Source of the DNA: Hydrolagus colliei
Lineage: Eukaryota
NCBI GenBank assembly: GCA_035084275.1
Contig: CM068748.1
Coordinates: forward strand, 4,402,001 to 4,466,000
Reading direction: 5' to 3'
DNA: 64,000 nt
How positions within the stretch are numbered: the stretch's first letter is position 1; each line of letters opens with the position of its first letter. A program made the position numbers and the translations under genes. Below are positions 13,079-25,315 of the stretch, piece after piece. The notes under the pieces were generated by a model. It saw only the letters and a program-made list of their open reading frames with translations, did not search any database and had not been told where the DNA came from.

Positions 13079-14340
13079 ACGGACCTGCCCTCGCCTGGTT
13101 CAATTCTTACCTTTCTCACCATCTAGATTTTGTTGCCAACAATGGTTTCTCCTCCAGCCCCCGCACTGTCACATGCAGTGTTCCCCCAGGGCTCTGTCCT
13201 TGGCCCCCTACTTTTCAATATCTACATGCTTGACGATATCATCCACAGATGTGGGGTCAACTTCCACATGTATGTGGATGATGCCCATCTCTATCTTTCT
13301 GCCCAAACCGTTAAATACTGCAGTTGCTGGAAATCTGAATCGAAAACAGAAATCGCTAGGAACACTCAGCAGGTCAGGCAGCATCTATGGAGAAAGGAAA
13401 AGTGAGTCAACATTTTGGGGCCATGACCCTTCGTCAGAACTGACAACAGGTGTATCTTTCATCTATCCTTCTACCTCTACCCTCAATTCCAGGACCATTG
13501 ATGTCCTGAGAGACAGCCTGTTGGACATCAAGTCCTGGATGAGAACTAACTTTCTATAGTTGAATGTCAATAAGACTGAGGTTCTCCTGATAGACTTGTG
13601 CCAGCGCCTTCACACATCAGGCACTGACAGCATCAACCTCCATAGTTGCACACTCAATCTCACCAAGCCAGTCAGGAACCCAGGTGTCTTGTTCGATCCT
13701 CAACTGGCTTTCCTCCCTTATATCCAACCCATGACCCGGTGTGCTTTCCCTCACCTCTGCAATATCATCCGACTCCTCACCCCACAGGCCATTGAAATCC
13801 TCATTCATGCCTTTATCATATCCAGGCTCAACTACACCCAACATCTTGCTTGTCGGCCTTCCCAATTCCTCCCTCTATAGGCTGCAGATAATTCAGAACT
13901 CTCTGGCCAGTGTCCTCTACCGCTTCAAGCTCCATGATCCCACCTCCCCCTCACCCGACTCCATTGGCTCCCCATCACCCAGAGGATTCAATTCAAGATC
14001 CTGATCCTCACCTTCAAAGCCCTTCATAGCATCGCCCCACCCTACCTCTGCGACCTCCTAACCCCTGACCAGCAGGCTCTGGCCTGCTCCATGTCTCCCG
14101 ACTCACCCGCCACACCATCGGAAGGCAAACCTTCAGCCACTCTGCCCCTAACCTCTGGAATTCCATCCCACAGTCCCTCTGCCTCGCCTGCTCCCTAGCC
14201 TCCTTGACGTCCCATCTCAAGACCCTTCTCTTCGACAGTCTCATAGGTTACTCCAAAGCTCAGGTCTGAAACAGACTGTCCAGCACCTTTGGACATCCTC
14301 CCGACGGGAAAGGCGCTATACAAGAGTAATTTTGTTGTTA
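13079..14340 (+). mobile_element. 5'-truncated L2-clade LINE (RT and C-terminal ORF2 remnant plus 3' tail)
   Basis: Motifs across frames: [22 protein letters not shown] (YADD-like), WMRTNFL*LNVNKTE, HAFIISRLNY, LQIIQNS, LHWLP. It ends in a stem-loop tail and (TTG)n. Stops and frameshifts are present, and it is interrupted at 13304-13461. Confidence 0.95.
13304..13461 (-). mobile_element. Penelope-like (pLTR-derived) short insert with decayed minimal hammerhead core
   Basis: Inserted in the L2 RT between near-duplicates tctatctttctgcc (13290-13303) and tctatccttctacc (13462-13475). Minus strand reads agtt-CTGACGA-agggtcatggcccc-aAAA-tgtt-gact. It is homologous to 57050-57241. Confidence 0.75.
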
Positions 14341-14479
14341 CTTCCTGTTTAAAATTTTTGGTTTATGAAATTATGAGTGAAATTCACGAACCAAGCATTA
14401 TAGCTAAAGCTAATTTAATCTAGTGTAGAAATATAACAAATTTGAACTAACCATATATTCAAAAGCCAGGGTTGGTTTG

Positions 14480-14530
14480 TTAGTTAGTTAGCAAGTTATC
14501 TAGCCAGTTAGTTAGCTAGTTAGGCTAGTT
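14480..14530. repeat. Degenerate (TTAG)n microsatellite
   Basis: tagttagttagcaagttatctagccagttagttagctagttaggctagtt. Confidence 0.7.
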
Positions 14531-16117
14531 CAGGGAATTGATAACTTGACCAATGTCACAAACATGTGGAAAATAGGTTATTGCTAGTGAATATTACAAC
14601 CGGAAATTGAAAAACAAAAGCTATCAATTTGTCAAAAGTAGTGCCATGGAGATTATGCTTAGAGTCCACTTTATTGTGAGCTCCTGAGCTCGGCTGGGAT
14701 AGCAGGGAGAGAAGCATAGGACAAGCTAAGCACCTTCCATCACTCGGAAGGAAATCTGAGAGTATGTCTGTCACTTACAGGTTGAAAGTTAGGGTTATAT
14801 TTTAAATCCACATCTGACTTGTTTTTTCACTAAGACCCTGGACACTCCAGGAGGCCCCGTTTAAACCTATTGCAAAGCAGCTGACCTTCTTTGTCTTTTT
14901 TTCTGGGCAACATCTGCCACATGCATCAGGACGTCAGACATTTCTGCCAGTTGAAGGAACTCTGCTCTGGCATTATTAGGAGCAGCTGTATGATGTAATT
15001 AATACCAGAACTCGGCACCGAATGACTACAGGAAAATATCTTGCCTGGTGCTTGTAATAACAATATGGTTCTTATTATATGACTTAACTAATGGTAGGTG
15101 GTTATAGGATTATCTGGGGTAAGAAGATAAATCTGGTGGATAGCAACACATGGCGTGAATTCAATGTGTGCCAAAATCTGGATTAAAATATTGCACCAGT
15201 ACAAGTTCTTTGACATTGTGTCATGTGGGTATTAGAAGTCACAAGATAACCACATGAAGCAATGCACTGCATGTCATGAATTCAGCACTTCTAAATAGCA
15301 CGCACCTCCTAACTGTTCCTGCTAAGTAGAGACGTTTAGCTTGACTTGATTGAACTCACCTCGTATTTTGTTAGTTCCAATTTCTGGCCTGAATTTGCAC
15401 TCATCCCAATTTTATATATGTCACGCACAGAGTACATTATCTGTAATTAACTTGTTGGAGCTATCACTGCCTATTGGTCTTGTGAAAATAAATATCACTT
15501 TCATTCATTGACAATAGCATGAACTGTAAATTTTAATTCTTTTACTAACCCTATAAATGAATTTAATCATCCATGTAGGCTTGCCAAGAAATCCGAGAAA
15601 TTTTGTTAAATCTGGTCATGCGGAAAATCAACAACTTATTTCAGCCAATCATCCTGAGTATATATTTGAACTTGGATATGCAGATGCAGCGTACAAATCC
15701 CCAAGATTCAGAAATACACTCACAGGATCAACAGCCCCATAGACAGCAAAATTACTCAGAAAGCCATGAAATTCATCAAACATGAATTATAAAGTGCTTT
15801 TCAACCTCCTGGATCCTGGAGAAAGAAAAAATCCAATATGCCCATTAGTATAGTTAAAATAAACGCTGGCGCAAGCATGTTTTTCTAAAAAAAACTATTT
15901 ATAGTTTGGCATTGAATCAAATGAATTTGAATTTGGCTGCACAAATTGTATAATTGTTCATGTTGTTCATAGTGTATCATCATCTTGTAAAATAAAAAAC
16001 ACTGAACTTTGTTGCTACCTGGACAAATAATTTGCTAACACGTATAAATGTTTTTACTAAACCCCATGCACAGTCATTTTTTTTCTGCAACTCCTCAACT
16101 TTTACTGTCACTGATCG

Positions 16118-16382
16118 GTTACTTATTCCACAGGCCTCTGTTTACCTAGCAATAAGTAGGAACATGGTTGTTTGGTGGATTGCTTTCCAGGGATAATAAT
16201 CCCTAAAGATAATTAGTGTACTGTACTGTAATTTGGTCACTCAATCCATAACTGTTCTTGGGACATTGATATGTGTAATTGGTTGCCCACAAAATATAGT
16301 CATTTCACTTTATAGTATATTCTGTGAAGACATTGAGCCATCTCAACGACGTGATAAGGCACTATATCAAATGCAAGGATAA
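16118..16382 (+). mobile_element. tRNA-SINE copy lacking its head
   Basis: gcctctgtttacctagcaataagtagg body followed by the standard tail ..gtgataaggcactatatcaaatgcaagga. Confidence 0.85.
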
Positions 16383-17003
16383 AATATATTATTGTTTAAC
16401 TAAAAATTATATCAGTATTATAACAAAACATAAAGCAGAGAAGCTGTTGATAAATATACTGAAAATTCACTTTATTGCTGTTCAATTTGTAGGCTGTTCA
16501 ACCTACAAAACACAGTCACAACAATTTTTGCAACAAATCGCTTAGAAATGTAAACTTGTCCGCACTGCTCTTTTTGTATTAAATTATTGTGTAAACAATA
16601 AACTCTGAAAAGTAAAATTTCTAAGCTACAATCAAGATGACATTCATACAGAGTTGTTTATGCTATATATACAAGTAGGCTTCAAGACTTTCTTGAGATG
16701 CGGCTCTTATAGCAACTTCAAGTATCTATTCAATCAATCCACACACTAATTTATTGGAACACAAGTAGCTTTAGGCCTCTAAATAAATTACTTGGATTGA
16801 AACATTTGTAGAATATTTGCAGACATTTTATTTCTGGAAATCAAACTGGTGCTGTTCGCAGGAGTATTTTACAAACTCAAACTGGTGTGTAATAAAAATC
16901 CACAGTTGATTGATTTTTAAAATAATGAACTGAATTTTGGGGGATTTTCACAAATTACTGTATTGTAATATGTTTCAGTTAAATTGTTCACTTCAAGTAA
17001 AAT

Positions 17004-17064
17004 TAGCGCCTTGGGACGTCCTCCCGACGTGAAAGGCGCTATATAAATGTAAATTGTTGTTGTT
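17004..17064 (+). mobile_element. L2 3'-tail stem-loop fragment (CpG-intact)
   Basis: tagcgcctt-ggg-acgtc-ctccc-gacgt-ga-aaggcgcta, then tataaatgtaaa(ttg)n. Confidence 0.85.
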
Positions 17065-17149
17065 CCTGACACACACAAAGAGAATTAAAAAAAATGTACA
17101 ATTTATCTTTAGTTGTAGTGTAAATCTTAGAGTAAATGTGTACTTTTTG

Positions 17150-17207
17150 AGGTTCTTGGGAAGACCTCCCAATGTGAAAGGCGCTATACAAATGTTGTTT
17201 TGTTGTT
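17150..17207 (+). mobile_element. L2 3'-tail fragment
   Basis: cttgggaagacctcccaatgtgaaaggcgctatacaaatgttgtt. Confidence 0.75.
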
Positions 17208-18469
17208 TATTGACTTGTCTCCCTGATTAAAATATACTATGTAATAATTTTAAAATCAACCGCACCTATCTACACTCACAATGTCACTGTTTCTAAGTCT
17301 CCCAACTCGTTTACGTCTACCCTAATTATGATCTCATTTGATAAAGGTTATGTTCAACAGTTCTTCAAAGGTCTTTGAAACAATGGTGAGCACACAATAA
17401 TCTACACATGACATACTGCAGGCTACGGTATGGCAGAAGTCTGACCAGTGTTAAGATAAATGCTCATGCCAGTGTATGTTTTTTTTCATCTTTGCTAACC
17501 TCAACATTTGTGAGCAATTCAACACTGGCAAAATAAAGTACAGATAAGCTTTATCTGCAAGCGTACAAAAGATTATGTGCATTTATTCAGTCGCTGTGTT
17601 TTGAAAAATGGGGATAGAAAATGCACTGGTTTAGATAATTACTTTGTCTGAGATAGCTGTACTATACCTCCTACTTGGTAAGAGTTTCACACTCTAAGTC
17701 TGACACATGTGTTTGGCGACAGATGATCTACAGGGAAATGTAGCATCAAGAGTCATAAGACACCAGGTCACAGTTCATGTGAATTTGCAATTTAAGTATC
17801 TTATGACTGAACAGAGATGCAGATGAAGTGAGAAACATATTTTATATGTTAGCTCTTCATGTAGGTTAATCAAGTGACAAATGATCTACAGAGAAATATG
17901 TGAAACACAATTGCAAAACAGTGCATCAGAGGTGATGTGTACAGTAATAAATTATTGTAAAAGTGCACATGTAATGTCTTCACCTTTAAATAGCTTATTG
18001 TCTTATTTAGGCGTGCTACTGATCAGCAGAAATGTCAGCTTCCCTTTGCTGATCTTGACTGATGTACTTTTTGTAATGTAGCTCTTGTTTTAGAGTTTTG
18101 AATTCCAGTCTAATACTGCTTCTATTTTTAATAACATTTGAACAACTGTGAAGAAAGTACCGCAGGATAGAATGGGATGCTTCACAGAGACTAAAGTTAA
18201 ATCATTGCAGCACACAGAGTAATGCTAGGTGGCAGAGGGCTAATTATAATGGCTTGGCATTGCTTATTTCTTTCACATGTAGGTTCATCAAGGTGAGAGT
18301 AAATAATTGTGTTGAGAATATTTCTTGCTTATAACCAATGACAACAGTCCCAATTCTAACACAGATCAGATGTAATTCTGTTGGTTCTTTCTTTCACATG
18401 CACACAGGCACGTGCACAAGAGATGTCTTCATTTCCCACATCATCTATTCTACGGCCTCTCTAAAGATG

Positions 18470-18665
18470 ACTACAGAATTATTGTAAATTAGTGTTGAGT
18501 TATGGGTATTTTGTCCCTAATAGAAACTGCATTGTGATTCCCATATTCATTTATTTTCGGGTTCCTAACAGCCATCAGAGAGAGATTTTAATCACACCTA
18601 TCCAAGCTGGATGTGAACTTTGATCCAAAGGTGAAACATTTTCCTAACCCGTGAACTGAACAGGA
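18470..18665 (-). mobile_element. LF-SINE-like ancient SINE
   Basis: Minus strand tttcacctttggatcaaagttcacatccagc..aaaatctctctctgatggctgttagg..aaatgaatatggga is collinear with the other LF-SINE-like copies. Confidence 0.55.
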
Positions 18666-18893
18666 CTGTTTTAAAACGTGGATTTTTTTAATCTCTGGGT
18701 TTGAAACCTGCTCTAGCAAGCATTGTGGCAGCCCAACCTGTGCTCCCTCTATTATCACCATTTCTAATGTCTGCTTTGCAAAGCTCCACTAGTCCTGCAT
18801 CTAACGGCCTAAAAGTAGGAGCCTGTACCTCAAAACCTCCATGAACTTTAACCCGGAATGTACTGTGGCTCCGACATCTCTAAGAAGGTGATG

Positions 18894-19295
18894 CAGAGAA
18901 TTCAATTTCAAGATCCTCACCCTTGTTTTCAAATCCCTCCACTCCCCTGCACCCCCACCCCTCCGACCTCCTCTCTCCTCAAACCAGCACCTGTTGCCTT
19001 CGATCCACCGGGTCTGGCCTCCTCCTTGTCCCCTGTATCCTCCGCTCCACCCTCGACGGCCATGCCTTTAGCCACTATGCCCCGAGGCTCTGGAACTCCC
19101 TTCCTCACTCTCTTTGCCTCGCCCCCTCTCTTCCCAGTTTCACGCCTCAGCTAAAGACCTTTCTCTTCGACCGACCCTTTGGTCACCTTTCTACCCCTGC
19201 CCCTGGCTCGGTCCCGGGATCCGTTATTGTGAAGCGCTCTGAGACACCGTCCGACGTGGAGGGCGCTGTATAAATCTAAGTTGTTGTTTTTGTTT
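18894..19295 (+). mobile_element. L2 3' fragment (ORF2 C-terminus and tail)
   Basis: GHAFSHYAPRLWNSLP..LKTFLF, then the tail gtgaagcgctctgagacaccgtccgacgtggagggcgctgtataaatctaagttgttg. Confidence 0.9.
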
Positions 19296-20075
19296 AAAAA
19301 ATAGTATTCTGCTCTTCTGAGGTGAGTTCACTATTGGGTAACGCATAGCATTGAAACCAATTTGTGCTAATGCCTACCCTGAGGACACTTGGAGTTTAGG
19401 TGTAACTGTAGTTTGAAAGTGTTATAAAATGGGAGCACTTTTGCAGTTACAAAAAATGGAGCCAAGTGGTGATGAAGTGTTTCCTTCTACAGTCACTAAT
19501 TTTTCTCCAGCCTGTTTTTTCTACAGTGTTTTTATTATTACAGCAAGCACACCATTCTACACTCACAGAGAGTCTAATAACTTCGATCAACATTATGCCA
19601 CCCTTCAATGACCCATCTTGTGTAAAATGACACTACTGTATTACAGGCAGCAGATTGACATGGAATAAAGCCTTGCTGCCAAAAAGTCTCAGTTGGAAGA
19701 GAAAATTATAATAACTGAAAGAGCCTGAAAATGTGTTTACAGAAGAATAAGAAACAGCAGAGAAACCAAAGGAGAAATATTGTGAAAAGACAATAATGCA
19801 ATAAAGATACAGTCAAATCCGCTTTCGCCAGTTGTCAGGAAATCAAACAAAATGTCTGGCTCTGATGCAGTTATATTCTTACCAGTTTTAAATACGTCCA
19901 TTCACAAGTGGTTCCAAAACTGTCAATCACCTCGGAGCAACTGCTAATTGTTCACCTTCCCATCCAACGGGAATGACAAAGGGAGAGAGGAAGGTATTTT
20001 TCAGCGAAACAAAGCTTAATATATTTTACTGAATTCTTTGAGAGTATTTTAACTTTAATTCTTAGATTAAAATAC

Positions 20076-20140
20076 TGACTGTCCAGTGCCTTGGGATGTC
20101 CTCCTGAAAGGCGCTGTACAAATGTAATTTTGTTGTCGTT
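20076..20140 (+). mobile_element. L2 3'-tail fragment
   Basis: gactgtccagtgccttgggatgtcctcctgaaaggcgctgtacaaatgtaattttgttg. Confidence 0.8.
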
Positions 20141-21712
20141 GAAATCGTCCGGTGTCCTGATTCTTGAGTCAACATTGCTTCGAGTGAAAGCAACATTATT
20201 ACAACATTATATGGCACAACAACGCTCCTTTGCTTGGCAGGAATGGCATTTCGGTTACTATTTGCACATAGTTACTATTTGCACTGGCTTTTATTTTAAA
20301 TATTTAGAGTGAGTGCATTTGCTGTATGAAAGAATATTGCACAGAAGTTTTTTTTGTCATTTCTGGTTCTATTATTCATCTTGAATGCGAGACAGAATCC
20401 AGTTCTAATGATCTCTTTTTCAGTGAGTTGAACGCTCAAAGGCCATAGATTAATGTTGTGTTATTTTAAATGCAATTAGATCAAAATTGAATGTGTAAAA
20501 ACACACACTATTTATGCTGCTGAGCTCAGTTTCCTTAGCTATTTTAATATTATTTATATCAACTGCAAATATATTACAACAACTTGTAATATATTGATCA
20601 CACATAGGATAATGTCTTGGAGTGCTTCCGAGTGGTGAAGTAACCGAGTATTCCTGCATTTTAATAATCTGGCTTCCACTTAAAAGAAATAAAGGGATGT
20701 GAGAAAGTGTGTGTATAATTATAGAGTGGTAATTGTCAATTAGAATTGGGGGATAATATCCTGTGCGTGGGTTTCCGATTTTTTCCAGTGCAGAATGTTC
20801 AAAAAGGGACAAGTTTTGGATGCAGATTAAATTTGCTTTAATACCTTTTTTTTATTTGCAAAGCAGAGAGAGGACACTGTGTGATCACTGTAGTTAATTT
20901 CTTTTATGTGCAAACACCAAAATATACACACAGCTAGGCTGGGACAAACATACACATACTCATTTAAATCTATTTAACATATGCATAACAAACTAAGCAC
21001 TGAGGGAATTGCGGATTTGTAAATAGCTCCAGTTGTCTATGACTCTACTGAATTTACGCCTGCAGCACAGGGACAAAATCAGGCCCTAAATGTTTTGTGA
21101 TGTACTTACTGTATGGATATAAACAACTTTACTGTACCAGTGTTACTTCCCATAATTTTTCCTCCTCCTTTAGGTCCCTCTGTAGCACACACCAACAGGG
21201 TTATATATTATTTAGCAGTCTCTGGCAATACAGCAATGTAACCAGTCATTAGAAGATACATTAAAGTATTTGAGTTGATTCCTCTTCTGACTTCAACCCC
21301 CTCTTGTGCAGAGCCTCTATTTAGTGCTTCCTATGATAATCCAGCCCAGAACAAGTTATCACCACATAGGGATTCCATGGCAGAGTACACTAATACATCA
21401 AAATGCTGCATCATTGGAATGCCTTCAGTTCCTATTTTCTGTAGTTTACATACTGTTCAACTGTTAATTTATTCCAATAATGTGCACAAAAATATGAATC
21501 AGAAGCTGATATGTAAATATCATCAACAAAAATAAGATGATTGTGCCTTTGTTCACAGTAGAATAATTCAGATCTTTTATTATAACAGTACATAATAGTA
21601 CATTAATATGTTGAATGAGCATAGGGAAAATACTATCCACAAGTGTTTAAAGTCCTGCGACTTGCAATGCTATTTTTCTAAAATACTGTGAAAGAGATAT
21701 TCAGTACACAAG

Positions 21713-21805
21713 AATAATAATCCTCGAATTTGATATAGCGCCTTATCACATCTTTGAGACGTCTCAAAGCGCTTCATGGAATACACTGTAAATTGACTAT
21801 GTTTT
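21713..21805 (-). mobile_element. tRNA-SINE tail fragment
   Basis: Matches the tail of the 9345-9620 copy. Confidence 0.85.
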
Positions 21806-22220
21806 GCAGAGATGGGATTCAAACCCAGTGGGATTAAACAGGCCATCCAAAAACAGCCACTTCAGATGGTTAATTTTTTTTCCCCCAGTGTGAATGTTGG
21901 AAAAGTGATAGCATTACATATACTGTAGACCACAATGGTGTAGGTGTTTTGTTATTGTGATCTCATGCGGTCAGCAGCATTGTTAATTAGTTGACCGATG
22001 TCAGAATCCGTGTGGGCAAGGATTTGTTGACATTTGGGAGGAGCCCTGGCTGGACAGGTTGGAGAATCGTCATTGCAAAGTGAAAACTGAAATTACTATT
22101 ATTGTATCAGAGGAGCACTCACTGTGCAGAATCCTGTGAGAATTTTTTCTTAAAACCATGTCTGTCTGCAATCCATTGACTATACAATATAGGGTTATGC
22201 TATTAACTTATTCAAAATAC

Positions 22221-22275
22221 TCTGAGATGCTGCCTGTCGTGGAAGGCGCTATATAAATGAATGTTGTTGTTGTTG
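22221..22275 (+). mobile_element. L2 3'-tail fragment
   Basis: tctgagatgc..gtcgtggaaggcgctatataaatgaa(tgt)n. Confidence 0.75.
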
Positions 22276-22454
22276 CATTCCTTAGTACCTTTGCACGCAA
22301 TACACTATTTGGTGTCCTGAAGTTGACTGAATTTCTTTATTGGAATTTTGCACACACCAAGGGCTACAAATGGATAATTATGTGGATGACTGACTAATAC
22401 GGGAAATTGCTGTGCCCAACTTGAATGCACACAAAGTACGCAGCCGTTCAGCAC

Positions 22455-22542
22455 CACTTTACAGTATATCCTGTGAGATGCTTTGGAGTGTCCTCCTAGT
22501 ATGAAAGGCAGTGTACCAAATGCAAGAATTATTATTAATAAT
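22455..22542 (+). mobile_element. SINE/L2-type tail fragment
   Basis: cactttacagtatatcctgtga..aaatgcaagaattattatt. Confidence 0.7.
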
Positions 22543-22560
22543 CTGGAAAATTGTTAACAA

Positions 22561-22785
22561 GCACACCAGCAGAAACTCCCTTCTATTTTTGTATGGCATC
22601 ATGAGTTCTTTAACATCCACTTGAACAGATAATCGGGACCTCCGTTTTCAATGTCTTCTGAAGTATGGCAACTCTTGACAACACAGCGCTCATCCAGTAC
22701 TGCACTGGAGTGTCATAGAATGAAAGCTCAAAGTCCCCAATGTAAAGCTTAGCCCAGAGGCTAGAGTGCTGTCAACTGAGTCATA
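22561..22785 (-). mobile_element. Deu-domain SINE (AmnSINE1/SacSINE1-like), old
   Basis: Reverse complement follows the recalled Deu domain (acactccagtgcagtactg..gctgtgttgtcaagagttgccat.cttcagaagacattgaaaacggaggtcccg..aagtggatgttaaaga..gggagtttctgctggtgtg), preceded by a tRNA-like head. Confidence 0.75.
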
Positions 22786-23587
22786 ATAACGATGATGATA
22801 TAGCAGACCCAGCACTATAAGACACATATAATTTGAAAGACTCGTCTGAGAAAGCAGGGAAAGCAAGATAGAAATAATCTGTCTGCAATACTACCCAACT
22901 GCCAACAGATACTGGTCCTACAATACTCATTCCAAAGAACCACCTCTTTACTAGAAAGATTCGAACGGAAGCAACAAAATAACAACAAAACAACATCTGG
23001 TGTGTGGCAATGTTGCGCACTTATATTCGGGTGATGAATTGAAGGCAATTTGCAAGCGTTGCAAGTCTTTCATCAGTAGGGACATGTGGAAGCCACACTG
23101 TTAATGACCAAAGTGAAAATCCATCCCAAACATTTGTACTGTACTATGGTCACATGGAAAAGCAAGAAGATATTTTCAGAGAAGTTCACTTAACGGAACC
23201 GTGTGATGCTATGAGTAATCCTTGGAAAGTAGAGGCACAAAGTATGTTAATGGATGAATAGCTGAAAACAGCAAAGGTATAGCTCTGAGTACCTATTAGC
23301 GTCTTGTCCGCTACATATTCTTCTTCAGCTAATTAATCATTTCCTATTATAATAAAACACCTGATTCATTTTTATAGAAAGAACATTTTGATGGGTACTG
23401 TACTTTCAAAAGCACACTAGATGATTGGTTTACTTCAAGATCCTTAAGTGAATCCACACAGAATAGTGACTTTGATGGGAATTATCCATCGCTATCCTCC
23501 TTGGTAATTAACTTTTGGGCAAGATAAGACCCTCATCAGATGCTCCAATAGTTATTTTCTTGCAATAGCTGCTGGATTAACTACATA

Positions 23588-23740
23588 ATAATTTGATCAT
23601 TCAATCTACTCAATTGGCTGCCGGGTTTCGCCAACAAAATATACGATCAATTCACTTTACAATATATTCTGTGAAGTGCTTTGAGATTTCTGAAAGACAT
23701 GATAAGGCGATATTGTAACACATGCAGGAATTATTATTAT
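23588..23740 (+). mobile_element. tRNA-SINE 3' part
   Basis: caattcactttacaatatattctgtgaagtgctttgaga..gataaggcg..(att)n. Confidence 0.8.
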
Positions 23741-25179
23741 ACAATATATTATTTCACCTTCACATATAAATATTTCACTGCCGACAGGGCACTCCACGTT
23801 TGCTTCAAAGCCTTTGTGTTGCCTTCCATTGCCTACATTTTTTCAATAAATTGGTAAGGCAGCAACAATGAGCCAAATTATAAGTATGAGTCTATGAGAA
23901 AACAAAATTAACTAAGTGGAGATTGGCATGTTGGGAGCTTTTTTAAATTGCTCAGTTGTAGAAAACAACATTTTATCAAATGCTGGCACAACAACTAATT
24001 GTTGCAGTTGAAAATGTAACAAAAAGTTGCAAGTATGAACTAACTTGAATTTCAAATTTGTTGGAACTGATCAAACGTTGGCATTTTTTACGAGGTTGGA
24101 AAGTAAGCAGGAATGGAGTATGTTGGAGGTAGCAGATCAAGATCTCATTATGATCATTTTTGCTGTGGAGCTATAAAAAGTACAAGTAGTTTTAGAAACA
24201 TGCATTATCAAATGTCAATTCCACATGCTCTACCAGTCTATTTGGGGATATATTAATAGCTTGTCAACATGTTCAATTATAAATGCTGCATTATTTTCTC
24301 CTCATTCGCATCTTTATGGTGTTAGAAAAGGACCTGCATTTGTCAATTTGTAAAATAAAATCACACAGGCTTGGCTGGGAGTATTACAATATTTAATGCA
24401 GCCTCTTTGCTAAGGCCCAACAGAAAGTGAACATGTACTGTACTTTATACAATAACCACTTGAATTTTAATTGTTTTGAAATATAACCATTTCCAGATCA
24501 CCATAGACATATTTATTTTTGTTTGTCTGGCCTATTGTGATCCTTCTCTGTCTATACTTTTTTTTACATGCCACAGACTTTAATGAACAGAAAAATTTGC
24601 CTTTCTCCGAATACCAAGACAAGACTGTCCATAATTCACTGTGTGCAAGCCTTTTAACTGCAGGAGCTCTAAATTATGCTATCCAGGGAAGCTTATTGCA
24701 ATTAAAACGTATTATATTCCTCTATCCAACAATGTTTTATGAGATGTTGATTATCCCCAAAATATTTTCTGAAGTGAAGCAGAATCGTAAATCCAAATTA
24801 CTTAGAACATTCATCTGTGACAAAGGGATCACGTTAAAATGTTGATCTTTTGCAAACACTATGAAAGGTTTAGGTGTTTCTTCTTATTTCAATTTTAACA
24901 TGATAGAAAAATCTCATGATGAGAACAATTCTAATCCTTTTCATTGGTTATTATTATTACATATATATTATCGGTTGTTGTTTGGATCATTAAAATCACC
25001 TGGCATTCCCTCTGTGCACATGAATCTTCAACGGTTAACCTAACCCATAAATTAGACCTTAATTTCTGTATATCTGCTGATCATTGTAATCATATAACCT
25101 ATTCACATTTGACAATATTCATGATCTATTATTTGATAAACTGAAATCAATGGAGATACAACCTATGCACACAAAATCA

Positions 25180-25315
25180 TATCTATGATTGTTTCGCCCA
25201 TAAATATACAGTCAATTCACTTTACAGTATATTCTGTGAAGTGCTTTGAGACATTTCGAAGATGTGCTAAGGCACTATATCAAATGCAAGGATTATTATT
25301 GTTGTTTATTATTAT
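25180..25315 (+). mobile_element. tRNA-SINE 3' part
   Basis: gtttcgcccataaatatacagtcaattcactttacagtatattctgtgaag..atcaaatgcaaggattattatt. Confidence 0.85.

Noticed and set aside
13130-14244. Cluster of overlapping ORFs as a gene
   Set aside because: They are frameshifted pieces and antisense shadows of one dead L2 ORF2.
14279-14300. REST/RE1 site in the L2 tail (also a weak match near 58930-58953)
   Set aside because: Wrong spacer length and mismatches in the core half-sites.
17004-17207. Recurring ~60-bp palindromic repeats as a CRISPR-like array
   Set aside because: They are dispersed, irregularly spaced, in both orientations and identical to LINE tails, in eukaryotic sequence.
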